A stretch of 64,000 nucleotides of DNA from a virus. The translations under genes and the position numbers were made by a program. Of the stretch, positions 17,526 through 26,029 are shown one piece after another; within the stretch, counting starts at the first letter, position 1; each line of letters opens with the position of its first letter. The notes under the pieces are model-generated. The model was not told the DNA's origin, ran no database searches, and saw only the letters and a program-made list of their open reading frames with translations. The stretch is from the IMG/VR virus record IMGVR_UViG_3300025732_000018; one strand, written 5' to 3'.

Positions 17526-17610
17526 GGGAGAGTGTCCCGAGCGGCAAAGGGGGAGGACTGTAAATCCTTTGGCTAAGCCTGCGTAGGTTCGAGTCCTACC
17601 TCTCCCACCA
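17526..17610 (+). tRNA. tRNA-Tyr(GUA)
   Basis: CTGTAAA loop, variable arm, CCA. Confidence 0.93.
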
Positions 17611-17628
17611 ATTCTAAGTGAGGTTGCT

Positions 17629-18426
17629 ATGGAAAATCGCTGCATCGTGTTCTCTATCAAGTGGGTGAACGTTCATAGTCTTAGAGACAATGAGCACTAT
17701 CACATGCTGCTGCACTCACTGAGAAGCATTAGAAAGCACAGTGACATAGACATAGTCGTCTATACCGACCCGATCGATCTTCTATTGGAGGATGAGCACC
17801 TTAGGGAAATCGCCGGCATCCAACTCATGGAGTTCGATTCGTCCAAGTTCAAGGTAGAGGGAGACCCGTGGCTGTGGGAGTGGTCAGAAGTCGTCCTCCA
17901 TAAGTGGCCGAACTGTGTAGATCTGCTTCTCAATCATAGGTACGATCGCGTGTTCTTCAGTGACCCCGACGTTCACTTCTATCAGGACCCTAACCGCATC
18001 TTCGACGCCTATACGGACCCGAGCAAGGTCTACATAAAGCGAGAAGACTGGGGTGCGGTCAAAGGGTTCAACGACGGGACGTTCATCTTGAGTCGCGAGG
18101 TTGCCGAGAAGCTGGTTGACTACATGACTCTCTATCCCCCCATCAGGGAGAAGATGATAGCCGACTATCGCGAGAGCAAGAAGTTTGATCCCGCGAAGCT
18201 CAAGCAGTTTAGGTGGGTCACCTATCAACACGCTACTCGTTACATGTTTGACGAACTAGGAATAGAGGTCGAGTGGCTGGACAAGCGTTACGTCAGAAAG
18301 ATGGATGACGAGCCAGGAGAGAACTGGGTCGATGAGTTCGTGACTGACGACCTCGTGGCGGTGCACTACTACAGACACCATGCCAGAAGGTTCGTGCCGT
18401 ACTTCAAGTACAGGCAGAAGTTATGA
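17629..18426 (+). CDS. GT-A fold glycosyltransferase-like protein
   Basis: SLRS..IVVYTD, FFSDPD (DxD), FNDG, VHY. Confidence 0.7.
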   Translation: MENRCIVFSIKWVNVHSLRDNEHYHMLLHSLRSIRKHSDIDIVVYTDPIDLLLEDEHLREIAGIQLMEFDSSKFKVEGDPWLWEWSEVVLHKWPNCVDLLLNHRYDRVFFSDPDVHFYQDPNRIFDAYTDPSKVYIKREDWGAVKGFNDGTFILSREVAEKLVDYMTLYPPIREKMIADYRESKKFDPAKLKQFRWVTYQHATRYMFDELGIEVEWLDKRYVRKMDDEPGENWVDEFVTDDLVAVHYYRHHARRFVPYFKYRQKL

Positions 18427-18488
18427 CGGAATCGGTTGGTCGCGACAAATAGACCCGCCGGGAGCCACGGTCAGCTCCCAACAGTTTC

Positions 18489-18564
18489 GCCCGTATAGCT
18501 CATCAGGTAGAGCGCCTGTTTTGTACTCAGGAGGCGGTGGGTTCGAGTCCTGCTGCGGGCTCCA
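18489..18564 (+). tRNA. tRNA-Thr(UGU)
   Basis: TTTGTAC loop, CCA. Confidence 0.9.
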
Positions 18565-18569
18565 AGACT

Positions 18570-18645
18570 GGTCTCGTAGTATAATGGTCTATTATGCTCG
18601 ACTGTCCATCGAGAGACGAGGGTTCGATTCCCTTCGAGACCGCCA
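18570..18645 (+). tRNA. tRNA-Asp(GUC)
   Basis: CTGTCCA loop, G73, CCA. Confidence 0.9.
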
Positions 18646-18653
18646 CTATATTT

Positions 18654-18730
18654 GCCTGGAGGGGGGTATTGGCTATCCCACCATCCTCATAAGATGGCTC
18701 AAGCTGGTTCGATGCCAGCTCTAGGCACCA
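18654..18730 (+). tRNA. tRNA-Met or Ile2 (CAU)
   Basis: CTCATAA loop, paired 1:72, A73, atypical D-arm. Confidence 0.8.
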
Positions 18731-18732
18731 AT

Positions 18733-18807
18733 CCTGCGCGTGGTGTAAAGGAAGCACGAGAGATTGTGGCTCTCTTAGCCCTGGTTCGATACCAGGCCGC
18801 AGGACCA
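18733..18807 (+). tRNA. tRNA-His(GUG), alphaproteobacterial type
   Basis: TTGTGGC loop, no G-1, A73. Confidence 0.85.
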
Positions 18808-18815
18808 ATATATAA

Positions 18816-18894
18816 CTGGGTGTAGCGTAGTCTGGTTTATCGCGCCTGATTTGGAGTCAGGAGATCGCAGGTTCGAATCCTGCCACCCAGACCA
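18816..18894 (+). tRNA. tRNA-Pro(UGG)
   Basis: TTTGGAG loop, CCA. Confidence 0.93.
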
Positions 18895-18909
18895 GTTAGG
18901 GAGAGAGCG

Positions 18910-19011
18910 ATGACTCTGAAGGAGTGGCTAGAGGTGCTGTTATACGTGGCGTGGATGCCACTGACGGTGCTCGCCGTCCTCGCGTTATACATCTCTCTCC
19001 TCTTAGAATGA
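18910..19011 (+). CDS. 33-aa single-TM peptide MTLKEWLEVLLYVAWMPLTVLAVLALYISLLLE
   Basis: SD GGAG; fills the gap between two tRNAs. Confidence 0.55.
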   Translation: MTLKEWLEVLLYVAWMPLTVLAVLALYISLLLE

Positions 19012-19085
19012 TGGGAGATAGTTTAACGGTAGAACAGTGGACTCTGACTCCTCTAGTCTTGGTTCGAATCCAGGTCTCCCAACCA
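19012..19085 (+). tRNA. tRNA-Gln(CUG)
   Basis: U1:A72, CTCTGAC loop, CCA. Confidence 0.9.
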
Positions 19086-19086
19086 T

Positions 19087-19161
19087 GGTGCCTGAGTGGG
19101 ACGGTAACGCACGGGACTGCAAATCCTTGAGAACCCGGTTCGACTCCGGGAGGCACCTCCA
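19087..19161 (+). tRNA. tRNA-Cys(GCA)
   Basis: CTGCAAA loop, U73, CCA. Confidence 0.88.
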
Positions 19162-19168
19162 AAGAATT

Positions 19169-19245
19169 GGTTCCGTAGCTCAACTGAAGAGAGCATCGCG
19201 CTACGAACGCGAAGGTTGAGGGTTTGAATCCTTCCGGGACCTCCA
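19169..19245 (+). tRNA. tRNA-Arg(ACG)
   Basis: CTACGAA loop, CCA. Confidence 0.9.
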
Positions 19246-19274
19246 TTATATCATGCCAACAGAAGAGGTATATC

Positions 19275-19502
19275 ATGTTTTGGTATGTAATACTCGTAGT
19301 GATCAACGCAAACGGCACTGCAAACGCCACGACACACTATCCAAAGTCTCCAGCTTACAACAACGAGACTAACTGTCGCGAGTACGCCACTGTGTTGGCC
19401 GATAAGGTTCAACTTGAGAAGGGTACCAGCAACGCGAAAGTGTTCTGGAAGTGCGAGTCACTCTCGTACGAGACAATTGCTAAGACCCTCCCTCGTACGT
19501 GA
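19275..19502 (+). CDS. Small exported/membrane protein with 2 Cys
   Basis: SD GAGG, hydrophobic N-terminus. Confidence 0.65.
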   Translation: MFWYVILVVINANGTANATTHYPKSPAYNNETNCREYATVLADKVQLEKGTSNAKVFWKCESLSYETIAKTLPRT

Positions 19503-19541
19503 AGTATAAATGTATAGTTAGAATCAGCGCAGAGAGCATCA

Positions 19542-20417
19542 ATGATCCTCATAACGTCGGCAGTCGAGACTTATCCTAGAAAGATAATAGACTGCATCAA
19601 GAGCAGATCAAGGGTGCCGGCGATAGTAGTCAACCTCAAGAGAGACCCGCGCTTGCTCAGGAACTTGAACCCGAGTCTGACGCTAGTGCACTTCAGAGGA
19701 ACTGGTTATAATGCCCTCACGCGCGACGGAAGGTTTGAGATCATAAACAGCCTCGAGTCGATCACCAACACGACGAGAAAACACTATGGCCAGATGAAGG
19801 CTATCTCTCTCGGAATACGCAGTCCCGACACGGATCCACTTCCGATAGAAGGTGGAAGTCTAGCCGTCATAGAGTCGCGCGTCGCCGCTGCGTTCGAGAG
19901 TAGGGGATGGACTAGCTGCGTCATAAAGCCGTCGACGTCGCGCGGACAGGGCGTCTTCGTCCTGAAGCTAGAACGAGACACGTTTAGAGAGACGCTCATG
20001 GGTATCAACCTCGAGATACCGGAGTGGTTCATTCAGGAGACTGTCTCTTTCAAGAGACTAGTTCGAGTCATGACTATCGGAGGCAAGATCGTCGAGGGGG
20101 CTGTAACTTACGACTACCCAAGAGACGGGAACTGGAAGTGCAGCGTGTGCATGAACCCACTAGCACTTCACGAGAGAGATCCAAGCCCGGAGCTTCTTGA
20201 CTTCATACGGTTGATAACTCAGCGACTAACCCTTACAGACAGTCGAGGCATATCTTATATCGACGTCTTTGAGACCGAAAATGGATACGTCTATAATGAG
20301 ACTAATACTAGTTGCAACCTAGTGCATCAAGAGAGAATAACTGGAGTGCCTCTAGCAGACATGACTGCCGAGTACCTACTCGGTGAGCATGACAGGCATC
20401 TATCCAGGCGGCCGTAG
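19542..20417 (+). CDS. RimK-like ATP-grasp ligase
   Basis: VIKP...GQGV, FIQE, RV..IGGK, IDVFE....YNETN. Confidence 0.85.
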   Translation: MILITSAVETYPRKIIDCIKSRSRVPAIVVNLKRDPRLLRNLNPSLTLVHFRGTGYNALTRDGRFEIINSLESITNTTRKHYGQMKAISLGIRSPDTDPLPIEGGSLAVIESRVAAAFESRGWTSCVIKPSTSRGQGVFVLKLERDTFRETLMGINLEIPEWFIQETVSFKRLVRVMTIGGKIVEGAVTYDYPRDGNWKCSVCMNPLALHERDPSPELLDFIRLITQRLTLTDSRGISYIDVFETENGYVYNETNTSCNLVHQERITGVPLADMTAEYLLGEHDRHLSRRP

Positions 20418-20482
20418 CTCAATGGTAGAGCAAGACGTTGCCAACGTTTAGACGAGGAGTTCGATTCTCCCCGGCCGCTCCA
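20408..20482 (+). tRNA. tRNA-Gly(GCC)
   Basis: TTGCCAA loop, U73, CCA. Confidence 0.92.
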
Positions 20483-20487
20483 ATATC

Positions 20488-20565
20488 GCCCCACTAGCCC
20501 AACTGGTTAGAGGTGCTTGCCTTAGAAGCAAGAGGTTCTCCGTTCGAATCGGAGGTGGGGCACCA
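20488..20565 (+). tRNA. tRNA-Leu(UAG) with short variable loop
   Basis: CTTAGAA loop, A73, variable loop only AGGTT. Confidence 0.85.
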
Positions 20566-20584
20566 AACAAACTTACTAGCGTTC

Positions 20585-20661
20585 GGTCACGTAGCTCAGC
20601 AGGACAGAGCATCGGTTTCCTAAACCGAGGGTCGGAGGTTCGAGTCCTCCCGTGATCACCA
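20585..20661 (+). tRNA. tRNA-Arg(CCU)
   Basis: TTCCTAA loop, CCA. Confidence 0.92.
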
Positions 20662-20676
20662 ACACAGGAGAGTCAG

Positions 20677-20898
20677 ATGGGTGGAGCAGCCTGGAACCCT
20701 AAGAACAAGACTCCGGAAGAACTTTTCCAAGAACTCGCGATAGATAAGCCAGAGTACTACGACCTAGAACCGCCGACTCTTGAGGATTACAAGAAAGCTA
20801 GGTGGAACGAGCTCGTAAATAAGCCTAGCGGAATGGCGGCCAACTGGTCTTGGAGCATCAAGATTGAGCGAGAATATAAGGAAAAGTATGGGGGTTGA
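20677..20898 (+). CDS. Hypothetical protein
   Basis: SD AGGAG. Confidence 0.6.
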   Translation: MGGAAWNPKNKTPEELFQELAIDKPEYYDLEPPTLEDYKKARWNELVNKPSGMAANWSWSIKIEREYKEKYGG

Positions 20899-21096
20899 CA
20901 TTATTTTAGATCTATGATACTATCTAAAAATGATGATTTGAAAGGATAACGGCATGCTTCTTACTGACATCTACCGCGAGTTTCGGACCCTCAACACCTC
21001 CACCGAGCGGGTCGAGTACCTTCGCACCCTCCAGACACTCAACCTCCACTTCGACATCAACTACGACAACCTCATCGAGTACTGGTCCACACACTG

Positions 21097-21915
21097 ATGC
21101 GTCCTACAGTAAAGTACGCGGTTCAGGCCTGCGACAAGTTCTCTAACCAGAACCAGAAAAGATACTGCGGCGACGACCGGCTTCTTCTGTGTAAGAAGTC
21201 GATCACGTCGCTTCTGTCGTCCATTGAGAACAGCCTCGACGAACATCAGAACCATGGACCGCTTCATGTGGTTCGCATATTTAACGATCGATCCTCGTAC
21301 GAGTATACTCAGTTCATGGCTGCAGCCGTCCGGAGATTCTCGTCGATGAACCTCATAGTAGAGGTCGTCAACACTAAGAAACCTGGAATCATGCAGTCGA
21401 TTCGCGAGTGCTACGAGTGGCTCATCGAGGGAGCCTCGGCGCTGGTGTACCAGGTACAAGACGACTATCTCTTCCGTCACGACGCTATCTACCAGATGAT
21501 AGACATATTTCGTCAGGTGAAGTTCGCGGTGAACACTGAGCCGGTCATATCTTCCTACAATGACCCATGGCTGTTCTTGAACAGCGACTCATACGCGTAT
21601 CGTCCGACGCCGAGGACGATCATTCCTGGAGCGAGACAGTACTGGCTTCAGTACTACGACATGAGCTGCTCGTTCATGACTAGCCCTAAGGTCATCAAGG
21701 ACAACTACGATCTGATCGAGAAGTTCCTGTCTCTCCCACCGAACGGCGACGATCAGAAGAGACTCGAGTCTATCTCTCTGAACTACATGCTCACACGGCG
21801 CGGAGTCCTTGGCCTCATGCCGTTCAGCTCGGTCGGTCTGCACATGCAGGCTGAGACTGAGAAAGATCCATACATAGACTGGAAGTCTTGGTGGGACTCA
21901 GTCGAGGAGATCTAG
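21097..21915 (+). CDS. GT2-like glycosyltransferase
   Basis: IFNDRS, YQVQDDYL; next to sugar-nucleotide genes. Confidence 0.6.
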   Translation: MRPTVKYAVQACDKFSNQNQKRYCGDDRLLLCKKSITSLLSSIENSLDEHQNHGPLHVVRIFNDRSSYEYTQFMAAAVRRFSSMNLIVEVVNTKKPGIMQSIRECYEWLIEGASALVYQVQDDYLFRHDAIYQMIDIFRQVKFAVNTEPVISSYNDPWLFLNSDSYAYRPTPRTIIPGARQYWLQYYDMSCSFMTSPKVIKDNYDLIEKFLSLPPNGDDQKRLESISLNYMLTRRGVLGLMPFSSVGLHMQAETEKDPYIDWKSWWDSVEEI

Positions 21916-21918
21916 GGA

Positions 21919-22920
21919 ATGAAGAGACTGCTGGTAAGTGGAGGAGCCGGTTTCATCGGCCATCACTTTATCGATTACGTGCTTAGAGTCACAGACTGGG
22001 AAGTGATCAGTCTAGACAGACTAGACTTTTCAGGTAACTTAAATCGGTTGAGCGACGTTCTCAAAGATGATCCAAACAGAACGCGTGTGAAGATCGTGTT
22101 TCACGACCTTCGAGCTGAAGTCAACGAGCACACGAAGAGTTTAATTGGAGACGTTGACTACTTCGTTCACATGGCAGCTGCTTCTCACGTAGATCGTTCT
22201 ATAGAAGATCCAATGTCGTTTGTTCAAGACAACGTCGTAGGAACTTGCAACGCTCTTAACCTGGCTAGAAAGCTCGACCTAGAACGGTTCATATACTTCT
22301 CTACTGACGAGGTGTTTGGTCCAGCTCCAGTCGGAGTAGACTATGAGGAGTACGATCGTTATAACTCTACCAATCCATACTCGGCCACCAAAGCCGGCGG
22401 TGAGGAGCTAGCAGTAGCCTTTAGAAACACCTATGATCTTCCGATAGTCATCACGCATACCATGAACGTCTTTGGAGAGCGACAGCATCCCGAGAAGTTT
22501 ATACCTTCTTGCATCAAGAAGATTCGAGACGGAGAGACTGTCACCATTCATAGCGATAAGACTAAGACTGTTCCAGGAAGCCGCCACTACATACACGCTG
22601 CGGACGTCGCTGAGGCCGTCATGTTTATCTTGGGTCTAGATGACAGCTCTTTGAAAACGGTATGTCCCAAGTACAACATCGTTGGAAAGCAGGAAATAAA
22701 TAACCTTGAGCTAGCAGAGATAATAGCCGCGGCTCAAGAAAAGACTCTTAGCTATGAGATGGTTGACTTTCACTCCTCTCGACCCGGCCACGACTTGAGG
22801 TACAGTCTGAGCGGTGAGAAGATGAAGTCCCTAGGATGGGAACCTAAGATAGACCTCACTGATAGAATAAAGCAAGTAGTTGATTGGACGCTGGCGCGTC
22901 CAGATTGGATGATGAAATGA
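21919..22920 (+). CDS. rmlB: dTDP-glucose 4,6-dehydratase (RmlB-like)
   Basis: GGAGFIG, AASHVDRS, STDEVFG, YSATK, RPGHD. Confidence 0.9.
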   Translation: MKRLLVSGGAGFIGHHFIDYVLRVTDWEVISLDRLDFSGNLNRLSDVLKDDPNRTRVKIVFHDLRAEVNEHTKSLIGDVDYFVHMAAASHVDRSIEDPMSFVQDNVVGTCNALNLARKLDLERFIYFSTDEVFGPAPVGVDYEEYDRYNSTNPYSATKAGGEELAVAFRNTYDLPIVITHTMNVFGERQHPEKFIPSCIKKIRDGETVTIHSDKTKTVPGSRHYIHAADVAEAVMFILGLDDSSLKTVCPKYNIVGKQEINNLELAEIIAAAQEKTLSYEMVDFHSSRPGHDLRYSLSGEKMKSLGWEPKIDLTDRIKQVVDWTLARPDWMMK

Positions 22921-23594
22921 AGAGATGCATATTTGCCGCTTACAACTTTCAAGTAGACCCTCGCTATCCAGAGCTTCACTTCAGGGTCTGCGACAAGCTA
23001 AAGACAGAAGACATCGACTATATGCCCCTGCGCTACGACAAACCTGACGGACAGGTAGTTCACTGGCAGGTGCTTGACTACGCTCTCCCCGAGCTGTTCT
23101 ACAAGAGCGGGTACGACAGCGTGATGGTCCTCGACCTCGACTGCATTCCTCTCTCGCGTGATGCCTTGATCGACACCTTTAAGTCTGCCGAAGCCGGAGC
23201 CCTCGTCGGAAACGCGCAGAGGTCAAACCACATCGAGAACGACCAGCACGTATACGTCGGGTCTTCTTGCTTCACGCTAACGCGCGACTTCTACGAGAAG
23301 ATGGGTAAGCCATCGACCGGCCTCACTTACAGATCTGACACGATCGAGGAGTTCACCTACGCCTGTGAGGAGAAGAGTCTTCCAGTAGTGAAGTACATGC
23401 CTGAGTCTTACGAGGCTATTCCCTACAGACAGAGCGAGCCATGGAAGCTAGCCGATGGAATGCCGGAGTATGGCATTGGAACTACTTTCGTCGACGTCGA
23501 CAAGAGACATATGTTCTATCACTTGTTCGAGTCTCGGTATCATGGTAACATTGGAAAGTTCATTGCAAAATGCGATACGATCTTGAAGCGATAA
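22917..23594 (+). CDS. Glycosyltransferase-like protein
   Basis: VMVLDLDCIPL DxD motif. Confidence 0.6.
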   Translation: MKRCIFAAYNFQVDPRYPELHFRVCDKLKTEDIDYMPLRYDKPDGQVVHWQVLDYALPELFYKSGYDSVMVLDLDCIPLSRDALIDTFKSAEAGALVGNAQRSNHIENDQHVYVGSSCFTLTRDFYEKMGKPSTGLTYRSDTIEEFTYACEEKSLPVVKYMPESYEAIPYRQSEPWKLADGMPEYGIGTTFVDVDKRHMFYHLFESRYHGNIGKFIAKCDTILKR

Positions 23595-24136
23595 TTCGAG
23601 GGGCTACCCTTGAAAGAGTTAACGACTTCCCATACGAGAAGATCGCCCCCCTAATTAACTCATTTAGACACTTTGATGGAGTCTATGCTCCTCCAGGTCG
23701 AGAGCACTACAGACTCTTGTCATACCTAGCTTCTCATTTTAACGGTGACGTTCTCTACGACGTAGGGACGTGGACAGGTCTATCGGCCATCTCAATGGCT
23801 ACGAACCAGAGCAACCGCATAATCTCGTACGACATAGGATTCTTTATTGAGGTTAACCGTCCAGAGAACGTCGAGTTTCGTATCGGTGACGTGTTCAACG
23901 AGAAAACTATCTTCGAGTCGCCCTTCATATTCGTAGACGTCGACCCGCACGACGGCATCTTCGAGAAGCTGTTCATCGAGCATCTCAGGAAGAACAAGTA
24001 CAAGGGTCTAGTCGGCTTCGACGACATCCACCTCAACGAGGAGATGCGCGAGATCTGGGCCAGCATCACCGAGAAGAAGTTCGACCTCACCGAAGTAGGA
24101 CACTGGTCTGGTACCGGACTGGCTATCTTTGAATGA
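23570..24136 (+). CDS. Class I SAM-dependent methyltransferase
   Basis: DVGTWTGLSA, SYDI, FVDVD.H, FDDI. Confidence 0.8.
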   Translation: MRYDLEAIIRGATLERVNDFPYEKIAPLINSFRHFDGVYAPPGREHYRLLSYLASHFNGDVLYDVGTWTGLSAISMATNQSNRIISYDIGFFIEVNRPENVEFRIGDVFNEKTIFESPFIFVDVDPHDGIFEKLFIEHLRKNKYKGLVGFDDIHLNEEMREIWASITEKKFDLTEVGHWSGTGLAIFE

Positions 24137-24729
24137 TCTCTATCGTAGTTCCCTATCTCTCGAGCTCAAGGTATATCGACTACCTCAAGCTCAAGCTTGA
24201 AGAGAACACTAGCCATGACTACGAGCTCATAGAGATAGTCGACGAGAAAGACGTCTACTACGCGTACAACCGCGGAGTGTACCAGGCGAAGTACGACAGC
24301 GTTGTCCTGATGAACGACGACATGGTCCCGGCTCCGAACTGGGACATGTTCTTCGCACCGATGATAGCGCCGGGAGTGGTAGTAACCGGCCACGTCGTCG
24401 AGCCGGATCCCGGATCTGTAACTAGAGGCAAGGGATTCTTCTCAAACATAAAGTACGACTGCGGTCGGACCATCGACGAGTTCGACTACGAGAAGTTCGT
24501 AGAGTTCGCCGAGAGGTACTCGAAGAATCAGCCCGACATGTCTAGCGGCTTCGGCTGGTACATGCCGGTCGGATTCCACAAGTCGACGTTCGTGTCGTAC
24601 CCGAACCTGAAGAAGTTTCCGTACCCGAACGACATCCTGCTTCTTGACGACATCCTTCCGTCGCTGGGCTACAGGTTCGGTCGGGCGAACTCTCTCTTCT
24701 ATCACTTTCAGAGCAAGTCGTGGAAGTGA
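24133..24729 (+). CDS. GT2 family glycosyltransferase
   Basis: ISIVVP, YN.G...AKYD.VVLMNDD. Confidence 0.8.
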   Translation: MISIVVPYLSSSRYIDYLKLKLEENTSHDYELIEIVDEKDVYYAYNRGVYQAKYDSVVLMNDDMVPAPNWDMFFAPMIAPGVVVTGHVVEPDPGSVTRGKGFFSNIKYDCGRTIDEFDYEKFVEFAERYSKNQPDMSSGFGWYMPVGFHKSTFVSYPNLKKFPYPNDILLLDDILPSLGYRFGRANSLFYHFQSKSWK

Positions 24730-24745
24730 GATATATAGAAGGCAC

Positions 24746-24819
24746 GCTCCTATAGTTAAATGGCATAACGCGTCCTTGGTAAGGACGTATCCCAAGTTCG
24801 ATTCTTGGTGGGAGCACCA
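24746..24819 (+). tRNA. tRNA-Thr(GGU)
   Basis: TTGGTAA loop, CCA. Confidence 0.92.
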
Positions 24820-24877
24820 TTCTAGTTGACAATATTCTTTGTTCGTGGTATGGTTATATCTTAATGGAGAGAGTGAC

Positions 24878-25138
24878 ATGAGCAAGAGACTGTATATGGT
24901 CGAGATCCTTACCACGTTTCGAAACTCGTTCGCCATCGAGGCCGAGTCCTCTAAGGTAGCCGAGGATCTAGCAATGACCGAGTGTGTCGACGGATTCAGT
25001 CAGCTCCACCTAGGGGATCAACTCTACCGAACGAGGGAGATCACCGAGGAAGAGTACCTGAGGACGTTCGACGGCGACAACGACTACCTGTCTAGTATAC
25101 CGACTGAAAGAAAGTTGAGCTACATCCTCAAATCTTAA
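24878..25138 (+). CDS. Hypothetical protein
   Basis: Promoter at 24826, SD GGAG. Confidence 0.7.
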   Translation: MSKRLYMVEILTTFRNSFAIEAESSKVAEDLAMTECVDGFSQLHLGDQLYRTREITEEEYLRTFDGDNDYLSSIPTERKLSYILKS

Positions 25139-25151
25139 TATATAGAAATAT

Positions 25152-25226
25152 GCGGGCGTGGTATATTGGTGGTGCCTCAGCCTTCCAAGCTGATGAGGAC
25201 CGGTTCGATTCCGGCCGTCCGCTCCA
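25152..25226 (+). tRNA. tRNA-Gly(UCC)
   Basis: CTTCCAA loop, U73, CCA. Confidence 0.92.
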
Positions 25227-25246
25227 TCTACTCTGAGATAAATCCA

Positions 25247-25717
25247 ATGAAAAAGTTCGACCTAGACGAGGTGAGAGAGTTTATAGCTAGCTCGTCTGAG
25301 ACCACGCGCGTGTACATAGGAGCTGACTCCGAGAGATACCGCAGGGGCGACCAGTGGTGGGCTGACTACACGGTAGCCGTCGTCATCCATCGCGACGGGT
25401 CGAAGGGGTGCAAGGTGTTCGGCAAGTCTGAGACAGAGCGAGACTTCGACCAGAAGAAAGATCGTCCGTCGTATCGTCTGATGAACGAGGTCTATAAGGC
25501 CGCCGAGGTGTACATGCAGCTAGCCGAGTCAATAGGAGACAGACATGTTGAAGTACACCTTGATATTAACCCTGATGTTATGCACGGTAGTAGCTGTGTG
25601 GTACAGCAGGCAATCGGGTATATACGCGGAACTTGTAACATGGTGCCTCGCATTAAGCCTGACGCTTTCGCTGCTAGTTATGCTGCTGATCGGTTGAAGG
25701 AGATCCTCGCTGCATGA
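25247..25717 (+). CDS. RNase H-like YkuK (DUF458) family protein
   Basis: IGADS, RLMNEV, EVHLDIN, KPDAFAASYAAD. Confidence 0.85.
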   Translation: MKKFDLDEVREFIASSSETTRVYIGADSERYRRGDQWWADYTVAVVIHRDGSKGCKVFGKSETERDFDQKKDRPSYRLMNEVYKAAEVYMQLAESIGDRHVEVHLDINPDVMHGSSCVVQQAIGYIRGTCNMVPRIKPDAFAASYAADRLKEILAA

Positions 25718-25983
25718 GCTTTACAGGTCTGGAGCTGCTTCTAGCAGTCGCGTGCGCGTATCTAGGTATCATGTCGGCTAGGAGCAACATATATCTAGTA
25801 CTCGATTGGATGACCAGCAAGGTCGGTCGCGAGAGAGGTCTGAAGCTTCTCTCCCTGGTCGACGTGATCATTCTCTCCGGCATGGTCTATCTCGGTTACT
25901 GGGGAATCATCCTGATTACGTTCTTCTTGTCTAAGGCCTTCTACCTGTTTAAGGTGGACTATGAGACGACGTTGAGCCAATAA
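25714..25983 (+). CDS. Small membrane protein
   Basis: Hydrophobic segments, ATGA overlap. Confidence 0.6.
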   Translation: MSFTGLELLLAVACAYLGIMSARSNIYLVLDWMTSKVGRERGLKLLSLVDVIILSGMVYLGYWGIILITFFLSKAFYLFKVDYETTLSQ

Positions 25984-26029
25984 ATAGTCCGCCTCAACGT
26001 CGAGGTGCCACAACAGGAGTCTTCATGCG

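Noticed and set aside
15794-19330. ORF-track ORFs over tRNAs (e.g. 15794-16030, 16067-16369, 18527-18808, 18896-19330)
   Set aside because: They are translations of tRNA genes (GFEP/GIEP come from T-loop antisense).
12849-25226. Stop-codon reassignment or suppressor tRNA
   Set aside because: No CUA, UUA or UCA anticodon found, and TAA, TAG and TGA all end genes normally.
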